From an uncultured Candidatus Saccharibacteria bacterium (GTDB lineage Bacteria > Patescibacteriota > Minisyncoccia > Phycocordibacterales > PALSA-1337), in assembly GCA_964492835.1 (NCBI GenBank), contig CAZBLC010000001.1, forward strand, positions 19,596 through 83,595: a stretch of DNA of 64,000 nt, written 5' to 3'. Positions 31,779 to 41,500 of the stretch are shown here, one piece after another. A model generated the notes under the pieces. The model made no database searches. It saw only the letters and a program-made list of their open reading frames with translations, and was not told the origin of the DNA. Numbering within the stretch: the first letter of the stretch is position 1; each line of letters begins with the position of its first letter. A program made the translations under genes and the position numbers.

Positions 31779-32635
31779 TTTCCGATTCTTTCTAAAAACT
31801 TCTTACTATATACTCCTCTCACTAAATCCATATCTTTTCCAGAATTGACCAGTAGTTTTACATTTATATTTCGTATTGTCTCGAGCATTTTTACATGTTC
31901 ATCTAAAACCTTGCTTTTTTTAGTTATTTCAATAAATGCCTCGAAATCTTTTATAAAACAATCTCCGCCGGCACCCCTACCTTTACCATCAAGTGGGTTT
32001 AAATATCGATGTGCCATGAGAGGGTCTGCCATAAAAGCAGATTTTAGATTGTCCCATTTCATATTATTATTTTTAGCTAAATCCAATAATAGATTGGAAT
32101 AAACTACCTGTATATATCCATTCACATTATGGCCATACTTAATAAACTCTGCTTCATTTGAGGAGCAAATAAGTTCATACGGGGCCTTTGCCAATACACT
32201 CATTATCATTTTAGCTTTAGTTCTGTATAAAGTAGTATTTTTTGGCATACCAATAATATTGCGTTCTGGATTTTCAGCATCGTATGCAGCAGTTTTTCTA
32301 CTTAAAAATTCAGGAGAATGGAAAATAAATAGATCTTTATATTTTTCCTGCAACTCAATGGTTTTACCAAAAATAAGAGTAGATTTTATAACTACAATTT
32401 TACCCTTACTAATAGTAGACAGTGCGCTACGCAAAAAACTATCATCAAAAATGCGATCTACGGTAGGAGTTGGTACAGCTACAAAAATAATATCAGCTGA
32501 GTTTATTATTTCCCTATTGTTGATATATTTTTTATCAAGGGAATATCGAATAACATCATAACCTCTCTTCTCAAAGTCATTCGCATAATTATAACCAACC
32601 CATCCTTGTCCGATAAATCCGATTTTCATTTTCAT
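31775..32635 (-). CDS. UDP-glucose/GDP-mannose dehydrogenase-family protein, short form lacking the C-terminal UDP-binding domain
   Basis: N-terminal Rossmann KIGFIGQGWVG, IFVAVPTPT, SPEFLSRKTAAYD (NPEFLREGxA-like) and the catalytic-Cys motif GGDCFIKDF (GGSCFPKD-like). Only 286 aa. Confidence 0.65.
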   Translation of the reverse strand: MKMKIGFIGQGWVGYNYANDFEKRGYDVIRYSLDKKYINNREIINSADIIFVAVPTPTVDRIFDDSFLRSALSTISKGKIVVIKSTLIFGKTIELQEKYKDLFIFHSPEFLSRKTAAYDAENPERNIIGMPKNTTLYRTKAKMIMSVLAKAPYELICSSNEAEFIKYGHNVNGYIQVVYSNLLLDLAKNNNMKWDNLKSAFMADPLMAHRYLNPLDGKGRGAGGDCFIKDFEAFIEITKKSKVLDEHVKMLETIRNINVKLLVNSGKDMDLVRGVYSKKFLERIGK

Positions 32636-33591
32636 TTTGTTATATATGACTTTACCGTTTTTTCCAATCCTTCATCAAAGGATATCTCTGGATTATAACC
32701 AAGAATTATACGCGCCTTGTCTATATTAGCAAAGCTATTCTTTACATCACCCTTTCTTTCAGGCAAATACTTTATATGAATAGATTTGCCAAATATTTTA
32801 TTAATTTTACTTACCATATCGTTTAGAGAAACAAAACTTCCATACGAAGCATTGAATACCTCCCCAAAACCTTCTTCTACTTTAAGTGCACAAATATTTG
32901 CATCAACAACGTTTTTAATAAAGGTGAAATCTCTAAAATTTTCACCGTCACCGTATATTTCTGGAGATTTGTCCTCATTAATTAATTTAATAAACTTAGG
33001 AATTACAGCTGAATATGTTGAGTTTGGATTTTGTCTAGGACCAAAAACATTGAAATAGCGAAGTCCGATGGTTTTCAATCCATACAATGAGGTAAATATC
33101 TTAGCATAATATTCCATTGATAATTTCTGTAACGCGTATGGGGAAAGTGGATCTGGTATCATAGCTTCTGTTTTGGGGAGTGTTTTGGTGTTGCCATATA
33201 CAGAACTAGACGAAGCATATATTACTCTATCTACTTTTGCATGATGTGCAGCAATAAAAACACTTAGCGATCCGGTTGAGTTTGCCATATGGGTTTCCAT
33301 AGGCATTTCTATACTTCTCGGGACCACATTTAATGCTGCTTCATGTAATACAGCGTACGCTCCTTCAAAAATCTTTTTCAAAGCGTCTGTATCAATTATA
33401 TCAGTCTTATGAAATTCAATCTTATCTCTAACACCATCAAGATTTTTTACATTTCCATTTGAAAGATTATCTACCACAACCACGTTCGCGCCGTCACTTA
33501 CAAGTTCATCGACTATATGTGAACCAATGAATCCGGCACCGCCTGTTACAACTATTTTTTTATCTTTTAAAAATTCTCTATTTTTTATCAT
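32632..33591 (-). CDS. NAD-dependent nucleotide-sugar epimerase/dehydratase (SDR; UDP-GlcA/UDP-GlcNAc 4-epimerase-like)
   Basis: VTGGAGFIGSH Rossmann motif and the catalytic YxxxK (YALQK). 319 aa. Confidence 0.85.
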   Translation of the reverse strand: MIKNREFLKDKKIVVTGGAGFIGSHIVDELVSDGANVVVVDNLSNGNVKNLDGVRDKIEFHKTDIIDTDALKKIFEGAYAVLHEAALNVVPRSIEMPMETHMANSTGSLSVFIAAHHAKVDRVIYASSSSVYGNTKTLPKTEAMIPDPLSPYALQKLSMEYYAKIFTSLYGLKTIGLRYFNVFGPRQNPNSTYSAVIPKFIKLINEDKSPEIYGDGENFRDFTFIKNVVDANICALKVEEGFGEVFNASYGSFVSLNDMVSKINKIFGKSIHIKYLPERKGDVKNSFANIDKARIILGYNPEISFDEGLEKTVKSYITK

Positions 33592-34640
33592 ATATTTTTT
33601 AAAATTTCATTAGCTACACTTTTTACTGAAAAATCAGCAATACTTGCTCCTGCTTCCCTTGCGATACCAACATCGGTTGAAACGATTTTACACCCTGCTG
33701 CTTGTGCTTCTTTAAACACCATTCCATACCCTTCATAGAAAGAAGTATTTAAAAACACATCACATCCTTTATAGTATGGAACTAGATCTGTTTGCCAGCC
33801 CTCAAATACCATTATATCCTCCAATTTTAGCTTATACGACAGTCTTTTTAGACTTTCTAGTCTTTTGCCGGAACCTACTATAACTAACCCTATATCACTG
33901 ATTTGTGCCTTTACGATCTCCATGGCTTTTATACCTAACTCTATATTCTTTTCATCCTCTATACGTGAAGCCATTAGGATGATCTTTTTGAATTGTGGGT
34001 ATTTTTGTTTAAGGTCGAAACTTGGTGTTGTTGTCTTTATATATTCAACATTTACATCAATTGGTTTAACAATTATCCTATCCTTATCTATCTTTCTTGA
34101 TACCAATGAATCCGCAATTCTATTAGACACCACTCGTATTACTTGCGCATGAGGGATTGTAAATCGAGAGATGAAAAGTCTAATTCTATTAATCAATGCA
34201 TTGATATATCCAATTTTAGGACTAATGAAATATGGACTATATAGATCTGTATGTATTTGTAGTAGCAATTCGGAATACTTTTTTAGATTAGCTAAGCATT
34301 TACCAACCAGAGCTGTCTCAAATACATCCTGACAACTAACTAAAACTAGTTCATCTTTATCCACCTTCTTTAATATCTTTTTGCCAATCTTACAAGCATC
34401 ACTTACGTAGTTTAGTCTTACAATAGAGTTTGTAGAGTATATTGTACAGTTATCAGCTATACTTATTGGCTCATAGTTTTTTGTTGAAAAAACTATTATA
34501 TGTAGTTCCTTGTACAACTTTGAGTATTCAAGCATTCTCGCTCTTACTGAACTCTTTTCATTTAGGACAAGTCTATCTGTAGACACCATTACAGCAATAT
34601 AATTTATATATGTTTTATATTCAGTATTATATCTTTCCAT
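33588..34640 (-). CDS. Glycosyltransferase family 4
   Basis: EGYGMVFKEAQAAGCKIVSTDVG motif. Confidence 0.7.
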   Translation of the reverse strand: MERYNTEYKTYINYIAVMVSTDRLVLNEKSSVRARMLEYSKLYKELHIIVFSTKNYEPISIADNCTIYSTNSIVRLNYVSDACKIGKKILKKVDKDELVLVSCQDVFETALVGKCLANLKKYSELLLQIHTDLYSPYFISPKIGYINALINRIRLFISRFTIPHAQVIRVVSNRIADSLVSRKIDKDRIIVKPIDVNVEYIKTTTPSFDLKQKYPQFKKIILMASRIEDEKNIELGIKAMEIVKAQISDIGLVIVGSGKRLESLKRLSYKLKLEDIMVFEGWQTDLVPYYKGCDVFLNTSFYEGYGMVFKEAQAAGCKIVSTDVGIAREAGASIADFSVKSVANEILKNI

Positions 34641-35634
34641 AAATAGAAATTATTTCTTTTCCAATATCACTCCATGTATGTGTCCAAGTAAATCTCTTTA
34701 TCTTCTCTGCTTGCATGTCTCTGTTCTTTCTGTCAGACATCCATACTATCTTTTCTACTATATCTTTTTCATTCATCGGGTCTACAAAAATTGCACAATC
34801 CTTAACTCTCTCTGATATTCCAGTTTCTTTAGTTAGGATGAATGGAGTACCTACTCTTATTGCATCAAATATCATATTTGGACTTATATCTCCTATTGAG
34901 GTAAGGATAACGGCATATGATCTACGCATTCTCTCTTGGAAGTTATCATATACTGCTTTTGTTGTATCGAATTCTATAGGTTCTGTAACTTTAGTTTGAG
35001 CAATTTTAAATGTTTTTTTTAGCATATCTATATTCTTCCACACCAGCTCTCTTGTTCCAGCAACAAATACTCTGTTCTCTGGTTGTATCTGTTCTTCTCT
35101 TGCACCACAGAAGTTCTCTACTATCTTACTCTTTCTTGAATCAAGCTTATACGCTTTCTCGAAAATATTCTTTTGCCATTCTGTGCTGTATATTACAGTA
35201 CTAGCATTTCGGAGTGCATCTCCACCAAGTTTGTATACTAGTTTCTCCTTTCTGCTTAGTTTGTTTAGAGAGGTGTAATAGAAATCTTTGAACAGGACTA
35301 GCTCTCCTGTTCTTTCAGTATATGACTCCCATAGAAAATCTCCTCCAGTTCGTACGATATACTTCTTCCTCATTATCTTACATGCATACATTGTAGGCAC
35401 TGCAGCACTCCATGTATCAAGTACTAGTATCATATCTGCATTCCATCCTTTTCTAAATATCTTAAGGAAAAATAGGATGTGTCTTATGAAAGTAGGAAAA
35501 GCTCTTTCCCAACGGTAGGCTGCAACCTTAACATCATGTCCTTCTCCCTTCCATGTCTCGTATAGGTTACGAGCATATTGAGCCGGTCCTCCTATATCTG
35601 GAGGATATATACCTGTTGAAATTAAGATCTTCAT
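34627..35634 (-). CDS. Glycosyltransferase (GT-B, GT4-like)
   Basis: MKILISTGIYPPDIGGPAQYARNL N-terminus typical of GT4 N-domains. Confidence 0.6.
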   Translation of the reverse strand: MKILISTGIYPPDIGGPAQYARNLYETWKGEGHDVKVAAYRWERAFPTFIRHILFFLKIFRKGWNADMILVLDTWSAAVPTMYACKIMRKKYIVRTGGDFLWESYTERTGELVLFKDFYYTSLNKLSRKEKLVYKLGGDALRNASTVIYSTEWQKNIFEKAYKLDSRKSKIVENFCGAREEQIQPENRVFVAGTRELVWKNIDMLKKTFKIAQTKVTEPIEFDTTKAVYDNFQERMRRSYAVILTSIGDISPNMIFDAIRVGTPFILTKETGISERVKDCAIFVDPMNEKDIVEKIVWMSDRKNRDMQAEKIKRFTWTHTWSDIGKEIISIYGKI

Positions 35635-36812
35635 ATTACCTTTAAGAATACCTCATTTTTCATATCATTTGCAATGATATTCCATTCATACTTCTCTTTG
35701 ACCATTTCCATAGCATTCTTAACGATATAGTCTCTAGATTCACTATCCTTTATTAACTTCTCTACTTTCTGAGCAATACTGCTAGGGTTTTGTACTTCAC
35801 ATAATAGTCCTGTCTCTCCATCCTTAAGGAAATCTAATATTCCCCCAACTGGAGTAGCTATAACTGGTATACCAGCTGCCATAGCTTCGATGTATGAATT
35901 ACCAAATCCTTCAGAAAGTGATGGTCTTATAAATATATCTGAAACATGTAGATATTGTGGCATATCCTTATGTGGTACGTATCCTAGAAATATCACTCGA
36001 TTCTCTAGACCAAGAGTTTTTACTTTCTCTTTTAGCTCCACTTCCTGATACCCAGTACCTAGTATTAAAAATTTAACATTTGAAGGTAGGTATTGCATGC
36101 TTGATATGATATCTCCGACAGCATTCTTAACTACTAGTCTTGAGGTTGTGATTAGGAATATATCATCTATCTTTTTTCCAAGTTTCTGTTTCAATATTTC
36201 TAGTTCTGTATGTGGTTTTCTTGTAGAGAAGAGATTAAAATCTACTGCATTTGGTATTACTGTTACAGGACACTTCGCTTTCATGTCGAGTGCCCAATCT
36301 GCTAGATATTTAGATATTGTTTGTATGTGATCTGCTTTTGTAAATATTTTTTTAAATAGCGGATATACAAACATAGCTCTTCTCTTGATGTATGGTATTG
36401 GATCACCTTCTTGTAGAGTCAGGATGAATGGTATTTTGGGATTTAGCATTTTAAATATAACAGCAGCAAATGAGTTATATGTAGCCATCATTGACCATAT
36501 AGCGTCATACTTGTTCTGCTTATGTAATTTAATTGCCTTTACTAATGCAGTAATTGGCATTAGATATTTGTTTAGGTGTAAATACCAAGGTAGAGAATCT
36601 GATGAATTCTTTTGTGTTCCTGTATATCCAACTCTATATACATTTATGTTCCCTATCCTCTCGTAACTAGGTAATTTAGAATCTAAATGCAGAGTCACCA
36701 TATCAAACTGTATTTCCTCATTTGGAATCCTGTCAGTTATCTCCTTTATAGCAACCTCTGCTCCCCCTATAAATTTTGGATAGTATACTAAAGAAAATAT
36801 TAGTATTTTCAT
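35631..36812 (-). CDS. Glycosyltransferase family 4
   Basis: MKILIFSLVYYPKFIGGAEV N-terminus and SEGFGNSYIEAMAAGIPVIATPVGG motif. Confidence 0.8.
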   Translation of the reverse strand: MKILIFSLVYYPKFIGGAEVAIKEITDRIPNEEIQFDMVTLHLDSKLPSYERIGNINVYRVGYTGTQKNSSDSLPWYLHLNKYLMPITALVKAIKLHKQNKYDAIWSMMATYNSFAAVIFKMLNPKIPFILTLQEGDPIPYIKRRAMFVYPLFKKIFTKADHIQTISKYLADWALDMKAKCPVTVIPNAVDFNLFSTRKPHTELEILKQKLGKKIDDIFLITTSRLVVKNAVGDIISSMQYLPSNVKFLILGTGYQEVELKEKVKTLGLENRVIFLGYVPHKDMPQYLHVSDIFIRPSLSEGFGNSYIEAMAAGIPVIATPVGGILDFLKDGETGLLCEVQNPSSIAQKVEKLIKDSESRDYIVKNAMEMVKEKYEWNIIANDMKNEVFLKVI

Positions 36813-36816
36813 GTAT

Positions 36817-38499
36817 TTACTCTACCTTAAGTACGTTCCTAAGTACATCTTCTGAAACCTCCTTTTTTGTGTCGGTATTTGGAGTTGTAGTCTGCGTTTT
36901 GCCAGCATTCTGAGTGTTTCCTAGTATAGATGCTAATGCATTTTTTAATTCATTTACACGCTCTGGTTGTGCATCCTTCTTATGATTATTCTTTGGTGTA
37001 TTTGAGAGTGAATTCAGTGATACTGAATTAAGTTTAGGCATTGGACTTACAAATGTCTTTGTAGGCTCTGCTACTTTTACAACAGGCTTTTCTACTACAA
37101 CTTGAGGTGCAGGTGGTGCTATTGGCTTTGGTTCTGGAGTAACTGGCTTTGGTACCTCTACAGGTTTAGGTGCTGGAGCAATATCTTTTGGTTTGTCCTT
37201 CATTACTGGCTTTATCGGCATCATCCAGTCATCAATTGCTTTTTCAACATCAACTCTCTTGCTTGCAAACTGTGATCTTGAACTCTCTATAACCCGTTCC
37301 ATACTTGAACTCTCAGGTTTTGCAATTGGAGGCAGGGTAGTTGCAGAGAATGGCGCTGAACTTACTCCGTCTATCATGAGTTTTAAGTATATTTGATATA
37401 TACCCAAGTTAACTATATCTTCTGCTGTAAATTGTGGTGAGAATTCTTTCTCGAGTACTTCAGCATCAAATGCTCCTACACGGAATACAATCATTGTTCC
37501 AACGTTACCGAATACAGCATTACGTACTTCTTCTTCCATTTGTTCGATGTACTGGTGAGCAATTGTAAGATTAAGTTTGTATTTTCTAGCCTCTGAAAGA
37601 ATATCTGCAAATGATTCATTGGCGAATGACTGGAACTCGTCTACAAAGAGATAGAAGTTAGGGAGTGTCTTAAGCACACGATCTGGTACGTCTGCGCGAG
37701 ATAGCGCAGCTAGATATATTTTTGTAATTATCATTCCTCCTAATAGGTTTGCATTTGATTCTCCAATTCTTCCTTTTGATAGGTTAACGATAAAAATCTT
37801 ACCTTCATCCATCATCTTACGAATATTGAATGATGATTTTGGCTGCCCTATCATGTTTCGTATTAGCGCATTGGCTGTGAACTGTCCGATCTTGTTTTGT
37901 ATCGCTGGCACTGCTTCTGCAGCCATTCTTTCTGTATAGTTTGCAAACTCTTGTACCCAGAATGCTTTAACTGATGAATCTGTGACATGAGAGATCACAA
38001 GCTTTCTATATTCTTTGTCTGAAAGCATACGATTTACTCCAAGTAGAGTTGCATCTGGATATTCAAGTAGAGCAAGTAGGGTGTTTGTAAGGATATATTC
38101 CATACGAGCTGACCAAGCATCTTGCCAGATCTTCTTGAATGTACTCATTAGTCCAGATACTACTAGATGTCTTTTGTCTGGGTCTACGTTCTCAAGTACG
38201 TTAAAGGATATTGGATAGTCCATATCGAATGGAGCAAAATATACTACATCCTTCTGTCTATGTTCTGGTACATATTCTAGCAGTAGCTCTGCAGTCTTTC
38301 CGTGAGGATCAATGAATGCCATTCCTTCCCCATTCTTAATATCCTGAACAGCCATGTTCTCAAGTACAGTTGATTTTCCCATACCTGTCTTTCCGATAAC
38401 GTACACATGCTTAGTCCTATCTTTTGCTTTAATACCAAAAGTTACCTTTTTGTTTCTAGAGTCTGTCTGTCCAAAATATGTTATTTTTTCGTCGTTCAT
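36817..38499 (-). CDS. Soluble P-loop NTPase of the TraG/VirD4/HerA-FtsK (DUF87-like) superfamily with a Pro/Lys/Val-rich C-terminal tail
   Basis: Walker A VIGKTGMGKST and Walker B LFVDEF. TraG-D_C-like IAHQYIEQ region. No N-terminal TM helices. C-terminal low-complexity PAPKPVEVPKPVTPEPKPIAPPAPQVVVEKPVVKV. Confidence 0.6.
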   Translation of the reverse strand: MNDEKITYFGQTDSRNKKVTFGIKAKDRTKHVYVIGKTGMGKSTVLENMAVQDIKNGEGMAFIDPHGKTAELLLEYVPEHRQKDVVYFAPFDMDYPISFNVLENVDPDKRHLVVSGLMSTFKKIWQDAWSARMEYILTNTLLALLEYPDATLLGVNRMLSDKEYRKLVISHVTDSSVKAFWVQEFANYTERMAAEAVPAIQNKIGQFTANALIRNMIGQPKSSFNIRKMMDEGKIFIVNLSKGRIGESNANLLGGMIITKIYLAALSRADVPDRVLKTLPNFYLFVDEFQSFANESFADILSEARKYKLNLTIAHQYIEQMEEEVRNAVFGNVGTMIVFRVGAFDAEVLEKEFSPQFTAEDIVNLGIYQIYLKLMIDGVSSAPFSATTLPPIAKPESSSMERVIESSRSQFASKRVDVEKAIDDWMMPIKPVMKDKPKDIAPAPKPVEVPKPVTPEPKPIAPPAPQVVVEKPVVKVAEPTKTFVSPMPKLNSVSLNSLSNTPKNNHKKDAQPERVNELKNALASILGNTQNAGKTQTTTPNTDTKKEVSEDVLRNVLKVE

Positions 38500-38560
38500 A
38501 TGGAGCTTTAATATGTTTATATTCTAGCATGAAATACTTATGGTAAGTATTTAATTTTCC

Positions 38561-38594
38561 CCATAAACAAAACTCCCGCTTGGAAGCGGGAGAG
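38561..38594 (-). terminator. Rho-independent terminator downstream of the pilin gene
   Basis: ctcccgctt-cc-aagcgggag hairpin followed on the minus strand by TTTTGTTTAT. Confidence 0.6.
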
Positions 38595-38616
38595 ATGTTT
38601 AAAAAGAATTTTATAA

Positions 38617-39081
38617 CTAGCAAGTAACGTCTGGTGCAGTACCTCCTAGCATAGTTGCTGCTCCTTCCTTAGTGTTACCTGTACTATCAACACAGTAGAA
38701 GTTACCTGATCCACCTCCTAGTCTAGCCTCAACTGCCCAAGCAGATCCACTTGTATAACATGTCAAAGTTGTTCCAGATGGATAACTGTCTGTATCTGAA
38801 AGATTTACGATTCCACTTGTTGAATCAGTCCAAGGTGTTGATGAAGGTGTTGCTGAACATCCGTTTGTATTCGCAGATGCTCCGTAGTTTCCTGGAGTAA
38901 CATAATATGTCTCCATAGCTCCTCTTATACTAGCCAATTGACCCTTGATCTTAGCATCATTACCCTTTGTTCTAGCTGTGTTCAATGAAGCTAATACCAC
39001 TGATGATAGAATACCGATGATAGCGATAACTACAAGCAACTCAATCAATGTAAAACCTTTTTCTAAATATGATTTCTTCAT
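38617..39081 (-). CDS. Type IV pilin (class III signal peptide prepilin)
   Basis: MKKSYLEKG|FTLIELLVVIAIIGIL, the canonical prepilin peptidase site with Glu+5. 154 aa, C-terminal Cys pair. Confidence 0.9.
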   Translation of the reverse strand: MKKSYLEKGFTLIELLVVIAIIGILSSVVLASLNTARTKGNDAKIKGQLASIRGAMETYYVTPGNYGASANTNGCSATPSSTPWTDSTSGIVNLSDTDSYPSGTTLTCYTSGSAWAVEARLGGGSGNFYCVDSTGNTKEGAATMLGGTAPDVTC

Positions 39082-39221
39082 AACGAAATTAATTAACCTA
39101 AATAAACTTTAATAATAATTACTTATGGCATAAGTATATCAAACTATAGATAAAGATAGCAACGCTATGTGGATAACCTTGTTGTATTCAACAAGAGCTG
39201 TCCTGCATAGGATAACTCTAG

Positions 39222-40430
39222 CTACTGTGAACTCGCCACGTTGTATATAGGAATAAGAACTGATGCAAGAAGTGTAGCCACTCCAAGTCCAAGTAGCACA
39301 ATCATTGCCGGCTCAATAAGATCAACCAGAGCATCTACAGCTGTAGTAACCTCTCTAGCATAGAATCGAGCTAGAGTTTTTAGAATATTACCAAGCTCTC
39401 CTGTCTCTTCTCCCACCTTCATCATTTGAATCATAATACCAGGAATCTCACCATTAACTGAAAGGGATTCTGATACTGTCTTACCAGCCTTAACTGACTC
39501 TACAGCATCAGCAAGTAGCTTATGATATATACTGTTGTTAATAACGGAAGAAGTAAGTTCTAGAGCGCGGATCATAGGAATACCAGATACTAGCATTGTA
39601 TTCATGTTGTCTGATAGTCTTGCCCAATACAGTTTTCTAAATAGGTTACTTAGATATGGGATACTAAGTTTTACTTGGTCAAATATAACTGCACCTGAAG
39701 GAGTACGTATATATCTAACAAGTAGAAAACCTAGAACTATAACTACCCCGAGCATTACGAATCCATATGCAACAAAGAAATTACTAATACCCAATACTAT
39801 TTTAGTATACACAGGTATCTCCTGTCCTGATTCAACCAAGATTGCACTAATCTTTGGAATAACCATAGTGAACATAAGGATCATAACTGTAATGAAGGTA
39901 GACATAACGAATGCTGGGTATATAAGGGCACTTTTTGCCTTTGATACTAGCTCGTATGTACGATCCAAATAGTCAGCTAGGTAACTAAATGTCTCATTTA
40001 GCTTTCCTGACTCCTCTCCAGCCTTCACCATACTTACATAAAACTCTGAGAATACCTTAGGATGTTTTTCAAGTGCAGCTGAAATAGCACTACCAGCCTG
40101 TAGATCATCTGCAATTACTAGAAGCTTTGCACCCAACACCTTGTTCTCTGCTTCAGATCCAAGAAGTCTAAATACACGGAGTGCAGAAACCTGAGCTTCA
40201 AAGAGTGTAGCTAGTTGTCTTGAGAGAATAACTACATCCTTGTTAGATACTCTGTCGAAGAATGATAGATTCATTGAAAGCACTCCTCCCTTTTTACTAG
40301 CTTCTACAATTGAAGTAATTACCAAACCTCTTCTTTGCAGTGAAGCGATAGCAATATCCACATTTGCAGCATCTATTGATCCTGTTTTTGGTGCACCTGT
40401 TTGATCTACTGATTGATAATTAAAAAGCAT
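39222..40430 (-). CDS. pilC: Type IV pilus assembly platform protein (GspF family)
   Basis: 402 aa with duplicated GspF domains and 3 TM segments. Position in the pilus operon. Confidence 0.9.
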   Translation of the reverse strand: MLFNYQSVDQTGAPKTGSIDAANVDIAIASLQRRGLVITSIVEASKKGGVLSMNLSFFDRVSNKDVVILSRQLATLFEAQVSALRVFRLLGSEAENKVLGAKLLVIADDLQAGSAISAALEKHPKVFSEFYVSMVKAGEESGKLNETFSYLADYLDRTYELVSKAKSALIYPAFVMSTFITVMILMFTMVIPKISAILVESGQEIPVYTKIVLGISNFFVAYGFVMLGVVIVLGFLLVRYIRTPSGAVIFDQVKLSIPYLSNLFRKLYWARLSDNMNTMLVSGIPMIRALELTSSVINNSIYHKLLADAVESVKAGKTVSESLSVNGEIPGIMIQMMKVGEETGELGNILKTLARFYAREVTTAVDALVDLIEPAMIVLLGLGVATLLASVLIPIYNVASSQ

Positions 40431-40437
40431 ATAAAAA

Positions 40438-41496
40438 TTATATCATTCTTTCCAAATTTTTGGGATTGTTAGAGTTAAGATATGCGTTCTCAACTGTAAT
40501 CTCTCCTTTTCTAACAAGTTCAGCTAAACATCTATTCATATCAATCATACCTTCTTGTGAACTTGTCTCAATAACTGTATTAATTTCATGTATTCTCTTC
40601 TCTCGTATTAGGTTTGCAACAGCAGAGTTGTTAATCAATAGCTCATATGCAGGAATCAATCCTCCTGAAATACGTGGAATCAATCTCTGTGAGAATATAG
40701 CTGTCATACTACCAGCTAGCTGAATACGAATTTGATCCTGCTGATTTGCTGGGAATGAGTCAATAATACGGTTTAGTGTCTGTGCAGCGTTATTTGTATG
40801 TAATGTAGAGAATACTAAGTGTCCTGTCTCAGCTGCAGTTACGGCTGTCTGTATTGTCTCTGGATCACGCATCTCACCCACCAAAGCAACATCGATATCC
40901 TGTCTAAACATTGCAACTAGTGCGTCTTTGAAATCAGGGGTATCTATCTTAACCTCTCTCTGATCAATTATTGATTTCTTTGATTCATATAGATACTCAA
41001 CTGGATCCTCAATAGTCATTATGTGCTCATTTCTAGTCTGGTTAATTATCTCAATCAAAGCAGCTAGTGTTGTAGACTTACCCTGACCAATTGGTCCTAC
41101 ACAAAGAAAGAATCCTTGTGGCTTTCTGGTAAATGATTCAAGTATTGGAGGAAGATTAAGATCAGCTATTGTCTTAATTTGTTTTGGTATCAAACGTAGT
41201 GCAACAGAAAGTACACCTTGATGATAGTATGCATTTCCACGGAAACGAATGTTAGTAAGGCTGTATGAAAAATCTACATCTTTATCTTTTAAAAGTAGCA
41301 CCTTATTCTCCTCACTAAGAAATTCATTAATATACCCCTTCATATCCTCATTTGATATTACAGATTTCTTAACTAGGGGTATTAGACTTCCAGAAACACG
41401 AATGAATGGAGTACGTCCTTCAGCCAAATGAAGATCTGATGCTCCTTCATTTATAACTGTACTTACTAATAGCTCAATTTCTTTTTTATAATCCAT
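40438..41496 (-). CDS. pilT: Type IV pilus retraction ATPase; ORF extends to 41544 but MDYKKEIELL is the likely start
   Basis: PilT-type motifs LVGEMRDPETI, GHLVFSTLHTNNAAQT, Walker A GPIGQGKST. ~350 aa. Confidence 0.9.
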   Translation of the reverse strand: MDYKKEIELLVSTVINEGASDLHLAEGRTPFIRVSGSLIPLVKKSVISNEDMKGYINEFLSEENKVLLLKDKDVDFSYSLTNIRFRGNAYYHQGVLSVALRLIPKQIKTIADLNLPPILESFTRKPQGFFLCVGPIGQGKSTTLAALIEIINQTRNEHIMTIEDPVEYLYESKKSIIDQREVKIDTPDFKDALVAMFRQDIDVALVGEMRDPETIQTAVTAAETGHLVFSTLHTNNAAQTLNRIIDSFPANQQDQIRIQLAGSMTAIFSQRLIPRISGGLIPAYELLINNSAVANLIREKRIHEINTVIETSSQEGMIDMNRCLAELVRKGEITVENAYLNSNNPKNLERMI

Positions 41497-41500
41497 AATA

